Source of the DNA: Octopus vulgaris
Taxonomy: Eukaryota
Length of the DNA stretch: 64,000 bases
NCBI GenBank assembly: GCA_951406725.2
Contig: OX597827.1
Coordinates: 27,156,001 to 27,220,000 of the forward strand
Reading direction: 5' to 3'
A program made the position numbers and the translations under genes. The notes beneath the pieces were generated by a model, which was given only the letters and a program-made list of their open reading frames with translations, was not told the DNA's origin and ran no database searches. Shown one piece after another: positions 27,471 to 39,848 of the stretch (its first letter is position 1; each line of letters starts with the position of its first letter).

Positions 27471-28445
27471 ATATATATATACTGGAGTATTCCAACGGAT
27501 CATAATGTAATCTTTGTATTGTCCTTTTGCTTGCCCTCTTGATTTTTCACCCAAGGTATTTGAAAACGCAAGCTTATATAGCTATATATGTTTTGTTCTT
27601 TTAATTTTGGTTGAGAAATGAAACAATTGTAGGTGATGACATTAATCAATTGATAAATTAATTTGTATCCATTGGATCTCTCCGTTTTCAAACTTAACAA
27701 TAATGTTTGATATTTTATGATATTTTATATAATATATTCATCGAAGAAATATCTCTTCAAAAGACAATATATTAAACCAGTGCATCTTGGATAAGAATGT
27801 CCCTATAAGAGCTCTAAATATCCTCATATATGTATGTGTGTACACACACATACATACATACACACATACATACGCACACACACACACATATATACATTCA
27901 GACATAGATATATGTCTGTATGTATGTATGTATGTATGTATGTATGTTAATCAAATATATATTCTATGCACGTTATACACGCAATGCACTCTTAGAAGCT
28001 GCCTCGGTACACTTATACACTCTATAAGCCCCGTGCAATGCATACAGCTTGATACACTCTACGTACTGTACAACTGTAGCACTGTTGTTATTTAACTTCA
28101 AGTCAGCCTTCATCGAGCAGCCTATGAGCATAGTCTTTCCACACATGACCGACCACTCATATATATTTCAAGCACCATGTATTCAGGTATCTGTTTGCCT
28201 GGGTGTCCGTGCTATTTTTAAGAGAATAGGATGTATTTTGAGGTAGATTTAGCTGCTTTTTTTAGACGATTAACTGACCATTTATACGATTTTTCATTAG
28301 CTCTTATGCAGTTATAATACAGTGTTCTTGTTGTTGATTACCACAAGTTCTGCCTAAATTGGGCAGTGGCGTTCCGACCGTGACGATCTAGTCTTTCATA
28401 TCCCAGATAAACTGAAGAAGTAGTATAATATTGGTTGTAAATTTT

Positions 28446-28624
28446 TTTCAAGAGAGGGGATGATTCGATTACATCGATCCCAGTGTACAACTGGTACTTA
28501 TTTTATCGACCCCTAACGGATGAAAGGTACAGTTGACCTCGGTGGAATTTGAACTCAGAAGACAGACGAAATCCTGATAAGCATTTTACCCGGTAAGGTA
28601 ACGATTTTACCAGCTCGCCACCTT
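28446..28624 (-). mobile_element. SINE family B
   Basis: Central domain and head match. Confidence 0.75.
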
Positions 28625-28629
28625 GAGAG

Positions 28630-29160
28630 AACAAGTATACTATTTATGGGGCACCATGCATGGAAAGTATACAATTATTTATGTACACAATACAGAAAGT
28701 AAAGAAATTCTACTGTACCCCGCTTGAAAAGTAAACAGAATATTGACCTGCTCCGCATGATAAGTAGAAAGTTACTAGCAAAACCCAAATGGAGAGTAAA
28801 ATGTTATGAATGCACCCGGAATGAAAAAATATTAGTTATTGTGAACTCCGAATGTAACGTAAAAAAAAATTATCGACGCGTTCCGGATTGCAAGTAAGAG
28901 AAAAAGTACTTGCAGAACTCGAAAGACAAATAGAAGAATTATCGATACACCCTGAATAGAAAATAAAACAATTACTGATGCACCCTGAATAGAAAATAAA
29001 GCAATTAGTGATGCACCACGCATGGAAAATAAGCAATTATTGACGCACCCTAAAGATATTTGGGGTGCACCCCGAATGCAAAGTAAACAATTATTATTCA
29101 CCCCGATTCGAAAGCAAACTTTCCCCGAACGGAAAGATAAAATATTGTGCGCCGCACTTG
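28630..29160. repeat. Degenerate minisatellite, unit about 33 bp, about 15 copies
   Basis: Unit gcaccctgaatagaaaataaagcaattaytgat; the best copies start at 28947 and 28980. Confidence 0.8.
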
Positions 29161-29436
29161 AGACTTTAAAAAATACTATTTTGAAATATAAAATTTCGTA
29201 AAAGTAGAGGAAACTCTTTTCAGTCATTGGACTGCGGCCATTCTGTTGCTACCTTGTAAAATTATTCCTGTTTGTTTACTCATCTGATGCTCAACCGATT
29301 GTAACAATATTAATAATAGTTTTCTGATTTATGCTCAGGGATAATAATTTTGAAAGGCGGGATGTTAGTCGATGTCCCCCCATCTCAGTATTTAACTGGT
29401 GCTGAGGCCGATTATATGTTATTGGAATACTATTGG

Positions 29437-29653
29437 CTTAAAAATTTTGGCACAAGGCCAGCAAGTTCGGAGGAAGGAGTTAAGTCGATTACATCGACCC
29501 CAATGCTTGATTGCTACTTATTTTATAGACCCCGAAAGGATGAAAAAAGGATAGATAACTTCGGCGAAGTTTTAAAATCAGAAAACAAAGAACCGGGAAA
29601 ATCCTGCAGAGCATTTTGTCCGGCGTGCTAACGATTCTGCCAGCTCACCGCTT
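29437..29653 (-). mobile_element. SINE family B, degenerate
   Basis: gaccccgaaaggatgaaa...ctaacgattctgccagctcaccgc. Confidence 0.7.
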
Positions 29654-30930
29654 TAATTCTAATGAAAATAATAAGAAATGTCAGACATTTCCTGTGGCAT
29701 CTATCTCTCTTTGGGGAGAGTAGGGTGGAGGAGGAGGAGGGAGAGGGAGGACTTGCTGTAGTTCCTTGACTTACAGTTTAAGTCAGTCAATCTTAGCATG
29801 ACCTAACTCGCTATGGAACTTGTTTTTATTCAATTAACTTCTTCCAAGACATAGGGCTGTAGTGGAGACAGCGGTGGCGGAGGCGGTGACGACCGTGGCA
29901 CTTGCTGCTGTGTCATTTACTGTTTTAATTATTCCATTAGCAAACCTTCCTTTCGTTCTGTAATTCATTTCTAGCCTCTTGCGGTTTAGTGTAAAGTGTT
30001 TGTTATTCCATTGACGTAACAAACATTTTTATAAAAGCGAACGAAGTTTCGAAGAGTTAGAGGAGAGGTGGGGAATATTTTTTAGACCCTGGAGACTAAT
30101 TACTAGTACATAAGAAACTGTAGGGGGCGCATCTGTGCCGAGTAAAATAATAAACGGTTAATTTTATAAATTCATAGACATGCAGTAAACTTATATTGAA
30201 TTACTCTTGCAATTTTAAGGTTTAAAACAGTCATGCGCAAACTGACTTCTTGAATGGACTTCCTGGATGATACGCCTAACGAAATATTACCTCGAATTTT
30301 TGAGGGGAAGTGTGGCCCGCTTCTCGAGAAAGGTTATCTATGCCTGGCTTAATATAGGTTTTTGCTTATTTCATGAGATGTTCCGATAGAGTTTTAGGGA
30401 CTTCGCTTGTGATAAGTGTTAGATTTGAATCGGAGAAGCATCGGATAAGATGCCTTATGGTATTCAACTCGCTCTTTGAATTCTGAGCTCAAATCCCACT
30501 GAGGTGGGGATCGATATAATCATATATCCCCACCTCCGCACACACACACTCAGCTTCGTAGCCGTATGCCTAATTAAGATTAAAAGCGGCGGTTTATTAT
30601 TATTGTTTTTATTTATGCATTCATTTATTTAGTATATTATTATTTATTTTGTTTTTTGCATTTTTCACGGTTTTACCTAAAAACCTTGCGATGTCTCATA
30701 CGTTTTTCCATAGCTGGTTTAAAGCCGTTGCGTGGCCGATTCGGCAAAGTAACTCGTAGTTTAATTAGTATTTTGTTGTGAGTTCAAATCCCACCAACCT
30801 CGACTTTGTTTTCTAATCGATATTCTCATTCTAAATCAATGATCAACAATTTTTTCTGTAACGGCTCACTTTTCAAAATTTTAAAATTGAATTTATCCTT
30901 GACCTGCATGTGTATAATATCTTTATTTAT

Positions 30931-31337
30931 TTATTTATTACCCACATGGGGCTAAACATAGAGGGGACAAACAAGGACAGACAAAGGGATTAAGTCGATT
31001 ACATCGACCCTAGTGCGTTATTAGTACTCATTTAATTAACCCCGAAAGGATGAAAGGCAAAGTTGACCTCGGTGGAATTTGAACTTATAACGTAACAGCA
31101 GACGAAATACCTATTTCTTTACCACACACAAGAGGCTAAACACAGAGAAGACAAACAAGGACATACAAACGGATTAAGTCGATTATATTGACCCCGGTGC
31201 ATAAGTGGTACTTATTTAATCGACCCCGAAAGGATAAAAGGCAAAGTCGACCTCGGCGGAATTTGAACTCAGAACGTAGCGGCAGACGAAATACTGCCAA
31301 GCATTTCGCCCGGCGTGCTAACGATTCTCGCCGTCCT
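30931..31337 (-). mobile_element. Dimeric SINE family B with Tx1-like tails
   Basis: Two central domains each followed by a gtttgtcc(c/t)ctct tail; flanking duplication tataatatctttatt. Confidence 0.85.
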
Positions 31338-31593
31338 TGTATATAATATCTTTATTATCCGGTCCGGTGACCTGCCCTACGAATACGATTCTTTAATGCC
31401 AGATGTCCCTAACGAGCGATGTGGGGTATGAGCGTCCGACTTTTAGACACATGTGTCATTCACAAACTGAAATATCCCTTATGCATATGCCATGACGACA
31501 GATGATAGCAGCAGTAAACTTACTGAATTATTTAATCCTGATCATTGACAGTTTGTTGTCTCTTCATCTGTTCAGTATCAGGCGTTGATCTAC

Positions 31594-31752
31594 GGCGCAG
31601 GCGTTGCGCTGTGGTAAGAAGCTGGCTTCCAACAACATGGTTTCGGGCTCCGTTCCACTGCATGGCACTTTGCACAAGTGTCTTCTAGTATAGCCCCTGA
31701 CCGACCAAAGCCTTGTGCGTGGATTTAGTCGACGAAGACTGAAAGAAGCACG

Positions 31753-31754
<2 letters not shown>
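31594..31754 (+). mobile_element. SINE family A head
   Basis: ggcgcaggcgttgcgctgtggtaag...ccgaccaaagccttgtg...actgaaagaagc. Confidence 0.75.
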
Positions 31755-31793
<39 letters not shown>

Positions 31794-31822
31794 AATACAT
31801 ATACATATATACATATCACACC

Positions 31823-31874
31823 GTCTCCGATGAAGGGATATTAGTAATTAATATCCTAGAAACAGCTGTAAGAC
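31823..31874 (+). ncRNA. Type I hammerhead motif with CCGAUGA core
   Basis: gtct-CCGATGA-agggatatta(gtaat)taatatccta-GAAA-cagctg-TA-agac. Confidence 0.75.
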
Positions 31875-32058
31875 ATTCTATCTATAAATGCTCTAATATC
31901 TATACAGCCTTGGATTTTTATCTCATTACGCAAAAAATTCATATATACACACGCTGACATAGAACCAACGTTGAACCCTTTATTCGCAATATTACCGAAT
32001 CTGGAACTTAACTATGGTCTGTCTATAGCATTTATTCAGCATTACCTAGCACTTATAT

Positions 32059-32834
32059 ACATACAGGGCGAAGTCACTAGATATGTAAGTAAGTCATCTA
32101 ATCACCCCGCGAATATACTAAAATCATTAGTTAAAAATATTTCTCAAAGAATTTCAAAATTATCATCAAGTAGTGAAATCTTTAACTCTCACTCTAACCA
32201 TTACAATATCGCATTATCCAAGGCTGGATATGACCAGGAAATCACCTTCCTTGATATGGATAGCTCAAATCTCCTAAATAATATAGTGAATGGAAATTAC
32301 GTAAGTAATATAAACTCTCATACCCTACATAAACATGAATTAATAGAGAAAAAGAACCTAGTGTATAAACCTAATTATAGGAATAAAAATAGTGAACAGA
32401 CCATAAATAAATATAAAAATGCTAACCTAGATAAACCCGATAGGCATAAAAATAGTACTAAAAGGAATAATAATTCTCGTACGAATACTGATAACACTAA
32501 TCCTTCCCACTCTTACTTAAACAAAAAATATAAAAGAGAAAATATCATTTGGCTAAATATCCCCTTTAATTGAGCGATCTCGATGAATGTGTACAGTAGA
32601 TTTAAATCTATACTGGAAAAAATTTCCCAGCCTCCCATAAATATCATAAAATAATTTCTAGGAGATCAGTAAGAAGTTCATATTCCACTCTCCCAAACAT
32701 AGCTACCATAATAGCTAGACTTAATAGTAAAAACATTAAGTTAGCCAGGAGTAGAATGAATAGTAACAACAATGATAGTAATAATAATTGTAATAATAGC
32801 ATTAACAATAGTAATAATAATAATAATGATGATG

Positions 32835-32888
<54 letters not shown>

Positions 32889-34310
32889 GTAATAATAAAA
32901 ATAATATTAATAATGATGATGACAATAATAATAATAATAAATATAATAACAACATTGATGTAAATAGTAATAATAACAATACCAATAATATAGGTAGTAT
33001 AGATAAAAGAATGGTAGGTGATGATGGTGAGGATGGATTAATAACTAGTAACCCTAATTTGCATAACAACGTGATTACTAATAATGAAAGTAATACTAAT
33101 ACTAATAATAATTTAAATAACAGAAATGTAAGTGAACTGTCCTTAAATAATTCCAGTACCGAACACTATCCCCCCAGTTGTAATTGTAGGATTAGATCAA
33201 AATGTCCGGTATCTCGTCGTTGTTCGGTCCAAAACGTAATTAATAATGCGCGATAATAACTTCAAACAATAGCTTTCTTTATTTCGGATGTTCGGTGGAT
33301 CTTAAAAGATGTCTTAGCAATCATTTTCCCTCTTTTAGGCTCAAACATAAGGCAGGTTGCACAACACTATCTAGCAAAATTTGGGAACTAAAAACAAATA
33401 ATATAGAATTCAACCAAAAATGGGATATAGTTAGAAGGGCGCAACCTTATAGAAATAGTAGGGATGGTTGTCAACTTTGTTCGATGGAAACTTATGAAAT
33501 TTTAAAACATCAGAGTAATACAAATCTGTTGAATAATCGTCTGGAGTTGGGAGCATCTTGTATACATTGCACAACCCAAACGTTTAAATACTTTAAATAA
33601 TAATTTTGTGAGTATTCCTATATTTTTCAAATTTTAATTCTTTATAATCAAATAAGAAGAAATATACTATACTAGCTTTCTATTTAACATTCATAGATGA
33701 CTAAAAAAAACTTCACTGCAAACTTGAAATTGGAATTTTTTTCTAAATTTAATCTAGCTTTAAAATTAGTAAGGCTTTCCCCCACTTAAAAAATACTATG
33801 CCTACTCATAATAATAAGTGATAGGTTTTTTTCCACTTTCTTTCTCTAAATTACACTCTCTGTGAATGGGATTAGGACCATTTGACATTGACCTAGTTTC
33901 TCTCACCAAATAGCAGTAATTAACATTTATTAGTGGCAATTGCTGTCTTCAACATGAATTCCTTTTATGGAGTTCTGAAACCTCCTTTACCCCATTTCTA
34001 CAATTAAAAAATTCTCTATTGCTTCTAACCTTACAGCAGTTAGGAACAGCCATATCTTAGTCAGTCAGTGGAAGGACTTCACTACCTCATATGTTCTTAA
34101 AATTTAAATCCACATCTTTGTCTATATATCTACCTTCTCTATAATGTTGCCACTTGATTTGAAAATTTTTGTATTAATGGAAAGCCTCTGTAATTGGCTG
34201 ATGAGTACTCAGCATCTTAAATCTGTTGTAATACTTACAATATTTAATAAAATGATGTAGTACGAAATCGTACCAAATTACCGGAGTCATTCTTGTTGCT
34301 TATTTTGATA
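32059..34310 (+). mobile_element. Penelope-like element (Naiad-type), 5'-truncated: RT thumb, linker, GIY-YIG endonuclease, 3' HHR
   Basis: YVSKSSNHP...RISKLSS...Y..AL...GY; NIIWLNIPF; SYSTLPN; CNC...CP...C; YFG...NH..SF...TLS..IW.LK...W.I...C.LC..E...LLN.R.E...C.H; one stop and two frameshifts. Confidence 0.9.
34191..34280 (+). ncRNA. Hammerhead ribozyme in the PLE 3' region
   Basis: taattgg-CTGATGA-gtact...agtac-GAAA-tcg-TA-ccaaatta. Confidence 0.8.
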
Positions 34311-34327
34311 CATATATATACATATAT

Positions 34328-34514
34328 AATTATAATTTAGTGTATCTAAGAGACTCTACCACGAAGGAAATAGCAGCCAAATCTTGACTCTAAAACCACA
34401 TCAAATGTTCATATAGCTCCTGGTGCTGTATGAACATTTAATGTGTTTTTAGAGTCAAGTTTTGGCTGCTATTTCCAGCGTGGTAGTGTCTCTTAGATAT
34501 CCTAAATTATAATT
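34328..34514. repeat. Inverted repeat, arms about 90 bp
   Basis: aattataatttag...catatagc(tcctggt)gctgtatg...ctaaattataatt. Confidence 0.9.
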
Positions 34515-34604
34515 TTAATAATAATTATTACCTTTGAAGGTTTATATTCCCATGCTGGCCACTTGATAAAATCGATATTTAAATTAACGTTCAAATATTT
34601 AAAC

Positions 34605-34688
<84 letters not shown>

Positions 34689-34692
<4 letters not shown>

Positions 34693-34885
34693 ATCACTCG
34701 CCATATCGCGGTTCACGTATCGCGGTTTATTATTTAAGCTTACGTCGATTCCTCCGTGGAAAAATATACAAATTATAAAAGTAATTTTCAAAAATATAGA
34801 GTACAGTGCTGTTTCTACTTCGCAGGTTTTCCCTATCGCGGGGTGGTTTTTGAACGTAACACCCGCGATAGGCGAGCGATTACTG
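34689..34885. mobile_element. Tigger/pogo-like MITE
   Basis: Terminal inverted repeats agtaatcactcgcc..atcgcgg / ccgcgat.ggcgagcgattactg. Confidence 0.65.
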
Positions 34886-34886
34886 A

Positions 34887-34917
<31 letters not shown>

Positions 34918-34920
<3 letters not shown>

Positions 34921-35214
34921 ACAAAATTTTTTATAATTATGAGTATAATTATAATTAGGGTTCAGCAAAAATTTACTTCACCACATACGGAAATTTAGAA
35001 ATAGCAGTTAAAACGAACTATTTCACTACCATAAGAAAATCTCCCAGACAACAATACTCAGGTGGGTTGTTGAGTATTGTTATCTGGGAGATGTTGTTAT
35101 GGTAGTGAAATAGTTCGTTTTAACTGCTATTTCTAAATTTCCGTATGTGGTGAAGTAAATCTTCTGCTGAACCCTAATTAAAATTGTACTCATAATTATT
35201 AAAAAATTCGTTTA
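34918..35214. repeat. Inverted repeat, arms about 143 bp, 10-nt loop
   Basis: Arms are reverse complements around ggtgggttgt; followed by a decayed HHR-like motif at 35214-35265. Confidence 0.92.
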
Positions 35215-35313
35215 AGTTTATCGATGATGGTTCTTTTAACATACCGAACTACTTGGTAAAATTATTAATTATTAATTAACTAAATAATTAATTTTACCAT
35301 TTATTATTATTGA

Positions 35314-35344
<31 letters not shown>

Positions 35345-35490
35345 GATACGATGGCACGTATGCTTACATACGTGTATGAATGTCTATATACGCATATACC
35401 AACTTTATCTATTCTTCTTACCCATCAAGTCAACGACTACACCGGGGTGTAGCTATAAGTATATTCAGAGGTATAGGTTCATACGTTTAT

Positions 35491-35532
<42 letters not shown>

Positions 35533-35751
35533 ACACACACACATGTATTTGAGTGACACGAAGCTGAAAGAGTTTCTTTTTCCCACCCACCCACAACTGG
35601 CGGGGGTGGATGGGGCTGTATCACTTAATTCCGCACCGTTGATCAGTCACACACCAATTCCCTACAGACCTGTTGAAGACAAGCTAGTAAGGGTTCCTCC
35701 GTCTGGTTAGGTTGCAAGAAACAGCAGCCAAATCTCCTTCACTTTGTCTCT

Positions 35752-35965
35752 TTATCTTTTATCTTCTTCGTGGTTCAGTCATTAGACTGCGGCCATGCTA
35801 GGGCACTGCTTTGAAGGTAAATAGTCAAACGGATCAACCCCGGCAATTATTATGTTTTAAAGCCAGGTAGTTATTCTATCGGTCTGTTTCGTCGAATCGC
35901 TACGTTTCGGGAACATAAACACACCACCACCGGTTGTCAAGCGGTGGAGGGGGTCAAATACAGAC
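35752..35965 (-). mobile_element. SINE family A 3' half
   Basis: actgcggccatgctagggcac...ccggttgtcaagcggtgg. Confidence 0.7.
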
Positions 35966-35983
35966 GCAATAAATTTTCATAAC

Positions 35984-36033
35984 GCACTCGACACTGGTGT
36001 TTCGATATGTTAACTCTCGTCAGGCAGGAGCAC
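35984..36033 (-). ncRNA. Hammerhead motif
   Basis: Minus strand: gtgctc(ctgc)-CTGACGA-ga...tc-GAAA-cac(ca)gtg-TC-gagtgc. Confidence 0.65.
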
Positions 36034-36146
36034 CCTCAAACTCTTTGCGTTTTAACAAGAGAAAATGGCTTTTGTTTATAATTTCAACGAAAAAAACCTT
36101 TTGCTGATCAGTGCTGAAATCTGCCAAGCGAAAATATATCATTATT

Positions 36147-36184
36147 TGTACTGTGAACAGCGAGACTCGAAACCGTGTTGTGCA
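36147..36184 (+). ncRNA. Hammerhead-like motif with GUGAACA (G3-C8) core
   Basis: tgtac(t)-GTGAACA-g..c-GAAA-ccgtg-TT-gtgca. Confidence 0.5.
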
Positions 36185-36541
36185 TATTTATTCCTAATTC
36201 GTACCGATTAATACTTTCACATCGATGTGGAGATACAGATATTTTGTTTCTAGAGATCTTCTAATACGGCAAAGATTACGGACAAAACGGAAGCCGGTTT
36301 CGGTTGCATTTATTCATCACCAGTCTTATGTTCAAATACCATGAAAATATATTTTCCTGAATTAAAAACAAAAATACATGGCTGTGTGCTTAAGAGACTC
36401 GCTTTACAACCACGTGGTTTTAGGGTCTGTTTTACTGTACGACACTTCGGCTAAATATCTTCAACTAATGCCCCATGACGACCAATTTCGACAGAAACTG
36501 TGAGGAAGCCTGTTGTATATATCTTTATACATATATGTTAA

Positions 36542-36698
36542 GGCGCAGGAGTGGCTGTGTGGTAAGTAGCTTGTTTACCAACCACATGGTTCCGAGTTCA
36601 GTCCCACTGCGCGGCACCTTGGGCAGGTGTCTTCTACTATGGCCTCGGGCCGACCAAAGCCTTGTGAGTGGATTTGGCAGACGGAAACTGAAAGAAGC

Positions 36699-36741
<43 letters not shown>

Positions 36742-36960
36742 TATGTTTGCGTGTCTGTGTTTGTCCCCTACCACCATCGCTTCACAAACTATGCTGGTGT
36801 GTTTACGTCCTCGTAACTTAGCGATTCGGCTTAAGTGACCGATAGAATAAGTAGTAGACCTATAGAGAATAAGTCCTGGGGTTGAATTGCTCGACTAAAG
36901 GCGGTGCTCCAGCATGGTCGCAATCAAATAACTGAAACAAATAAAAGAATAAAGGAATAA
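36542..36960 (+). mobile_element. SINE family A, full length (near-consensus)
   Basis: ggcgcaggagtggctgtgtggtaagtagc...accttgggcagg...internal (TA)n...ggcggtgctccagcatgg. Confidence 0.9.
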
Positions 36961-37239
36961 AAATTATCTATATATGTGTGCGTTTTTGTATTTGTTTCCC
37001 GCTACAGCACTTGGCAACCGTTTTTGGTTTGTTCGCGTTTCCGGAACTTGGCTGTTCGGCAAAACTGACTGATAAAATATTGCTCACATTAGATTTTGAC
37101 TTCTGTTGATGTGATACGTACTTTAAAATCTAAATAACTAAACTCACATTCTACAACTTTTAACTGTATGATTGGAACTGCGAAGTGAAAAATCCCCCTA
37201 CCACAACATACACGAAGGCTATATAAGATGCGTGTGTAT

Positions 37240-37477
37240 AAGGCGGCGAGCTGGCAGAAACGTCAGCGCGCCGGGCGAAATGCTTAGCGGTATTTCGTCT
37301 GTCGTTACGTTCTGAGTTCAAATTCCACCGAGGTTGACTTTGCCTTTCATCCTTTCGGGGTCGATAAATAAAGTACCAGTTTCGCACTGAGGTCGATGTA
37401 ATCTACCTAATCCCTTTGTCTGTCCTTGTTTGTCCCCTCTGTGTTTAGCCCCTTGTGGGTAGTAAAGAAATAGGTAT
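37240..37477 (+). mobile_element. SINE family B, full length, Tx1-like tail variant
   Basis: aaggcggcgagctggcagaaacg...gagttcaaattcc...cctttcggggtcgataaa...gtttgtcccctct...taaagaaatag. Confidence 0.9.
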
Positions 37478-37593
37478 GTGTGTGTACGTACCCACACACA
37501 CACGTACATACAAAGATGTATGTAAATGCTTATGTATAATATATATTTGTATTTATGAACATGCAGATATATATGTGTGTGTGTGTACGTCAT

Positions 37594-37637
<44 letters not shown>

Positions 37638-38326
37638 GTGTGTATAACACATTAATAAGTATGTATACATACACACGAAACTAAATGTACCAGTTTATGG
37701 CAGTAATGTAGTGGCAGTAATTTAGTCGCTGAGGGGGGAAATGGGTAGAGGAGAAGGAGGAGAAGGTTGTGATAAAGAAGAAGAGATTAGGATGTTGGTG
37801 GGGAGGGTAGGTGACTCGAATCTGAGAGGAGTAGAACGTTAGTGTAACGAGGGCGATTGTGGGTTGTGTGGCTGTCGGGGGGTGCAAGGGGAAAATTGGA
37901 TGGCGATGGCAAATTGCTGAAGTAAGGAACAGCTAATCTGGCGGAAATCGGTAGGTACGCATGATTTCTCCACACAGGAAGCTGTAACATGAAGCTCCAT
38001 GCTTAAGTTGAACCAACGTACAGGAAGAACTGGCTTATACTCCAGGTGGGATCAGAGTAAACACTATTTCAGCATATTTAGCTTTTGTTTTTCATTTTTA
38101 TTTTGCTTATTTGTTTGTTTGTTTTTCCTTCTTATTTTTTGTCCTTGGTGAGCAAGGTTTATTTATTTGTTTTGTCTTGCTTGTTTTTTTTCCTTTGGCG
38201 GTGGTAGTGGTGGTGAGTGCCATGCCGTAGATTTGAAACTCAGCTATATTTCTGTCTCTCCCTATTCCACCTACCTTGTTACCTTCCTTATATATATATG
38301 TGTGAGTGTGTCTGTGTGTACGCTTG

Positions 38327-38362
<36 letters not shown>

Positions 38363-38390
38363 TGCTTGTATATGTATGTATATATGTTTG

Positions 38391-38484
<94 letters not shown>

Positions 38485-38877
38485 TATATCTATGTAGGTA
38501 TATTTACGTATATTTACTTATGTAGATTTTAACTGAACTTCTAGGTCCTAGACAGATGTAAACTCCTTGTCTTAATACAGAATATCTTTGAGGAGAGAAA
38601 AAGTGAGATCAGCCGGACTAGTTTCTGTCCTGCATTGAGATTTCATTAGTTAACGTGTACACGCTTTTTATAAAAAAAATACATTCACAAACCTGTGAAA
38701 AGACAGAAATCGAAGGTGATAGCCCCGGGATATTTAACGAGTACTGTAAAAATTTAAAATGTCGGCTGTGAATTAATTTGGCGTTAGTTGGCAGTTTGTT
38801 GTAGATTGGATTTTGGTAGTGATGGTAATAATTAATATTGATATTAATAATGTTAATAATTATGTTGATAATTATTA

Positions 38878-39400
38878 TTCTTAGCGTCTATAAGAAATAA
38901 AACTCGTGGAGACGTTGCGTGGAAAAATAGAATAAAAACTATTAATGAAAAAGGCTAAAAGGAATTTATTTATGAAATACGGGAATTATCTAAACTTCAT
39001 GAATCAAATAAAATTAATAAAAATAGTAAAAATAGTATATTAAGTATTACTTGTTCAACAACACAACCCGGACCCTACAACAAGCCGTACGCGATTATAA
39101 ATATATTTATAATAATATTTAATAATATAATAATTATAATAATATTTATATTAATAATATAGTATTATAATAATACTTATAATCGCGTACGGCTTGTTGT
39201 AAGGTCCGGGTTGTGTTGTTGAACAAGTAATACTTAATATACTATTTTTACTATTTTTATTAATTTTATTTGATTCATGAAGTCTAGATAATTCCCGTAT
39301 TTCATAAATAAATTCCTTTTTAGCCTTTTTCATTAATAGTTTTTATTCTATTTTTCCACGCAACGTCTCCACGAGTTTTATTTCTTATAGACGCTAAGAA
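38878..39400. repeat. Long near-perfect inverted repeat, arms about 222 bp
   Basis: 38878-39099 vs 39178-39400; about 3 differences seen by eye. Confidence 0.95.
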
Positions 39401-39815
39401 CTATTCTTTACGTTTATAATCTAGCGATATCTTCTCAACTAACTTAGCAACGTTCTTTTCTCCTTTTCGTTTGGATTTTGTATTATTTTGGGATTAATGT
39501 TTTAATTTTGTTATTGATATATTAATAGGTGCCTGTTAGTTTTAGTTGGGTATCTTCATATTTTTCTCATATTTTTCTCACATTTCTTTAGCTCATGAGG
39601 CTTTAATGTTTATCGTATTTTTCATTGATAAAAAAATTTTGCCACTTTCATTGAGTATTTATACTATTTCGTTGCACTGCGTTGATAGGTTTTCTTACTT
39701 TCCATTAACATATTTTTCTCACTATTATATTTTTATATATATATTGATAGGTATAAGTTACGATAGATATTGATTCCTATATATTTTTTAAATATACATA
39801 TATATTTTTTAAATA

Positions 39816-39848
<33 letters not shown>

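Noticed and set aside
28630-29160. CRISPR-like array
   Set aside because: The units are contiguous diverged tandem repeats without unique spacers; eukaryotic context and no cas genes.
32571-32573. In-frame TGA in the Naiad-like ORF as a possible selenocysteine codon
   Set aside because: Some Naiads encode Sec, but this TGA is not at a Cys-like position (IPFN*AIS), the conserved Cys codons are TGT/TGC, the copy has frameshifts, and CGA-to-TGA decay explains it. A consensus plus SECIS search would settle it.
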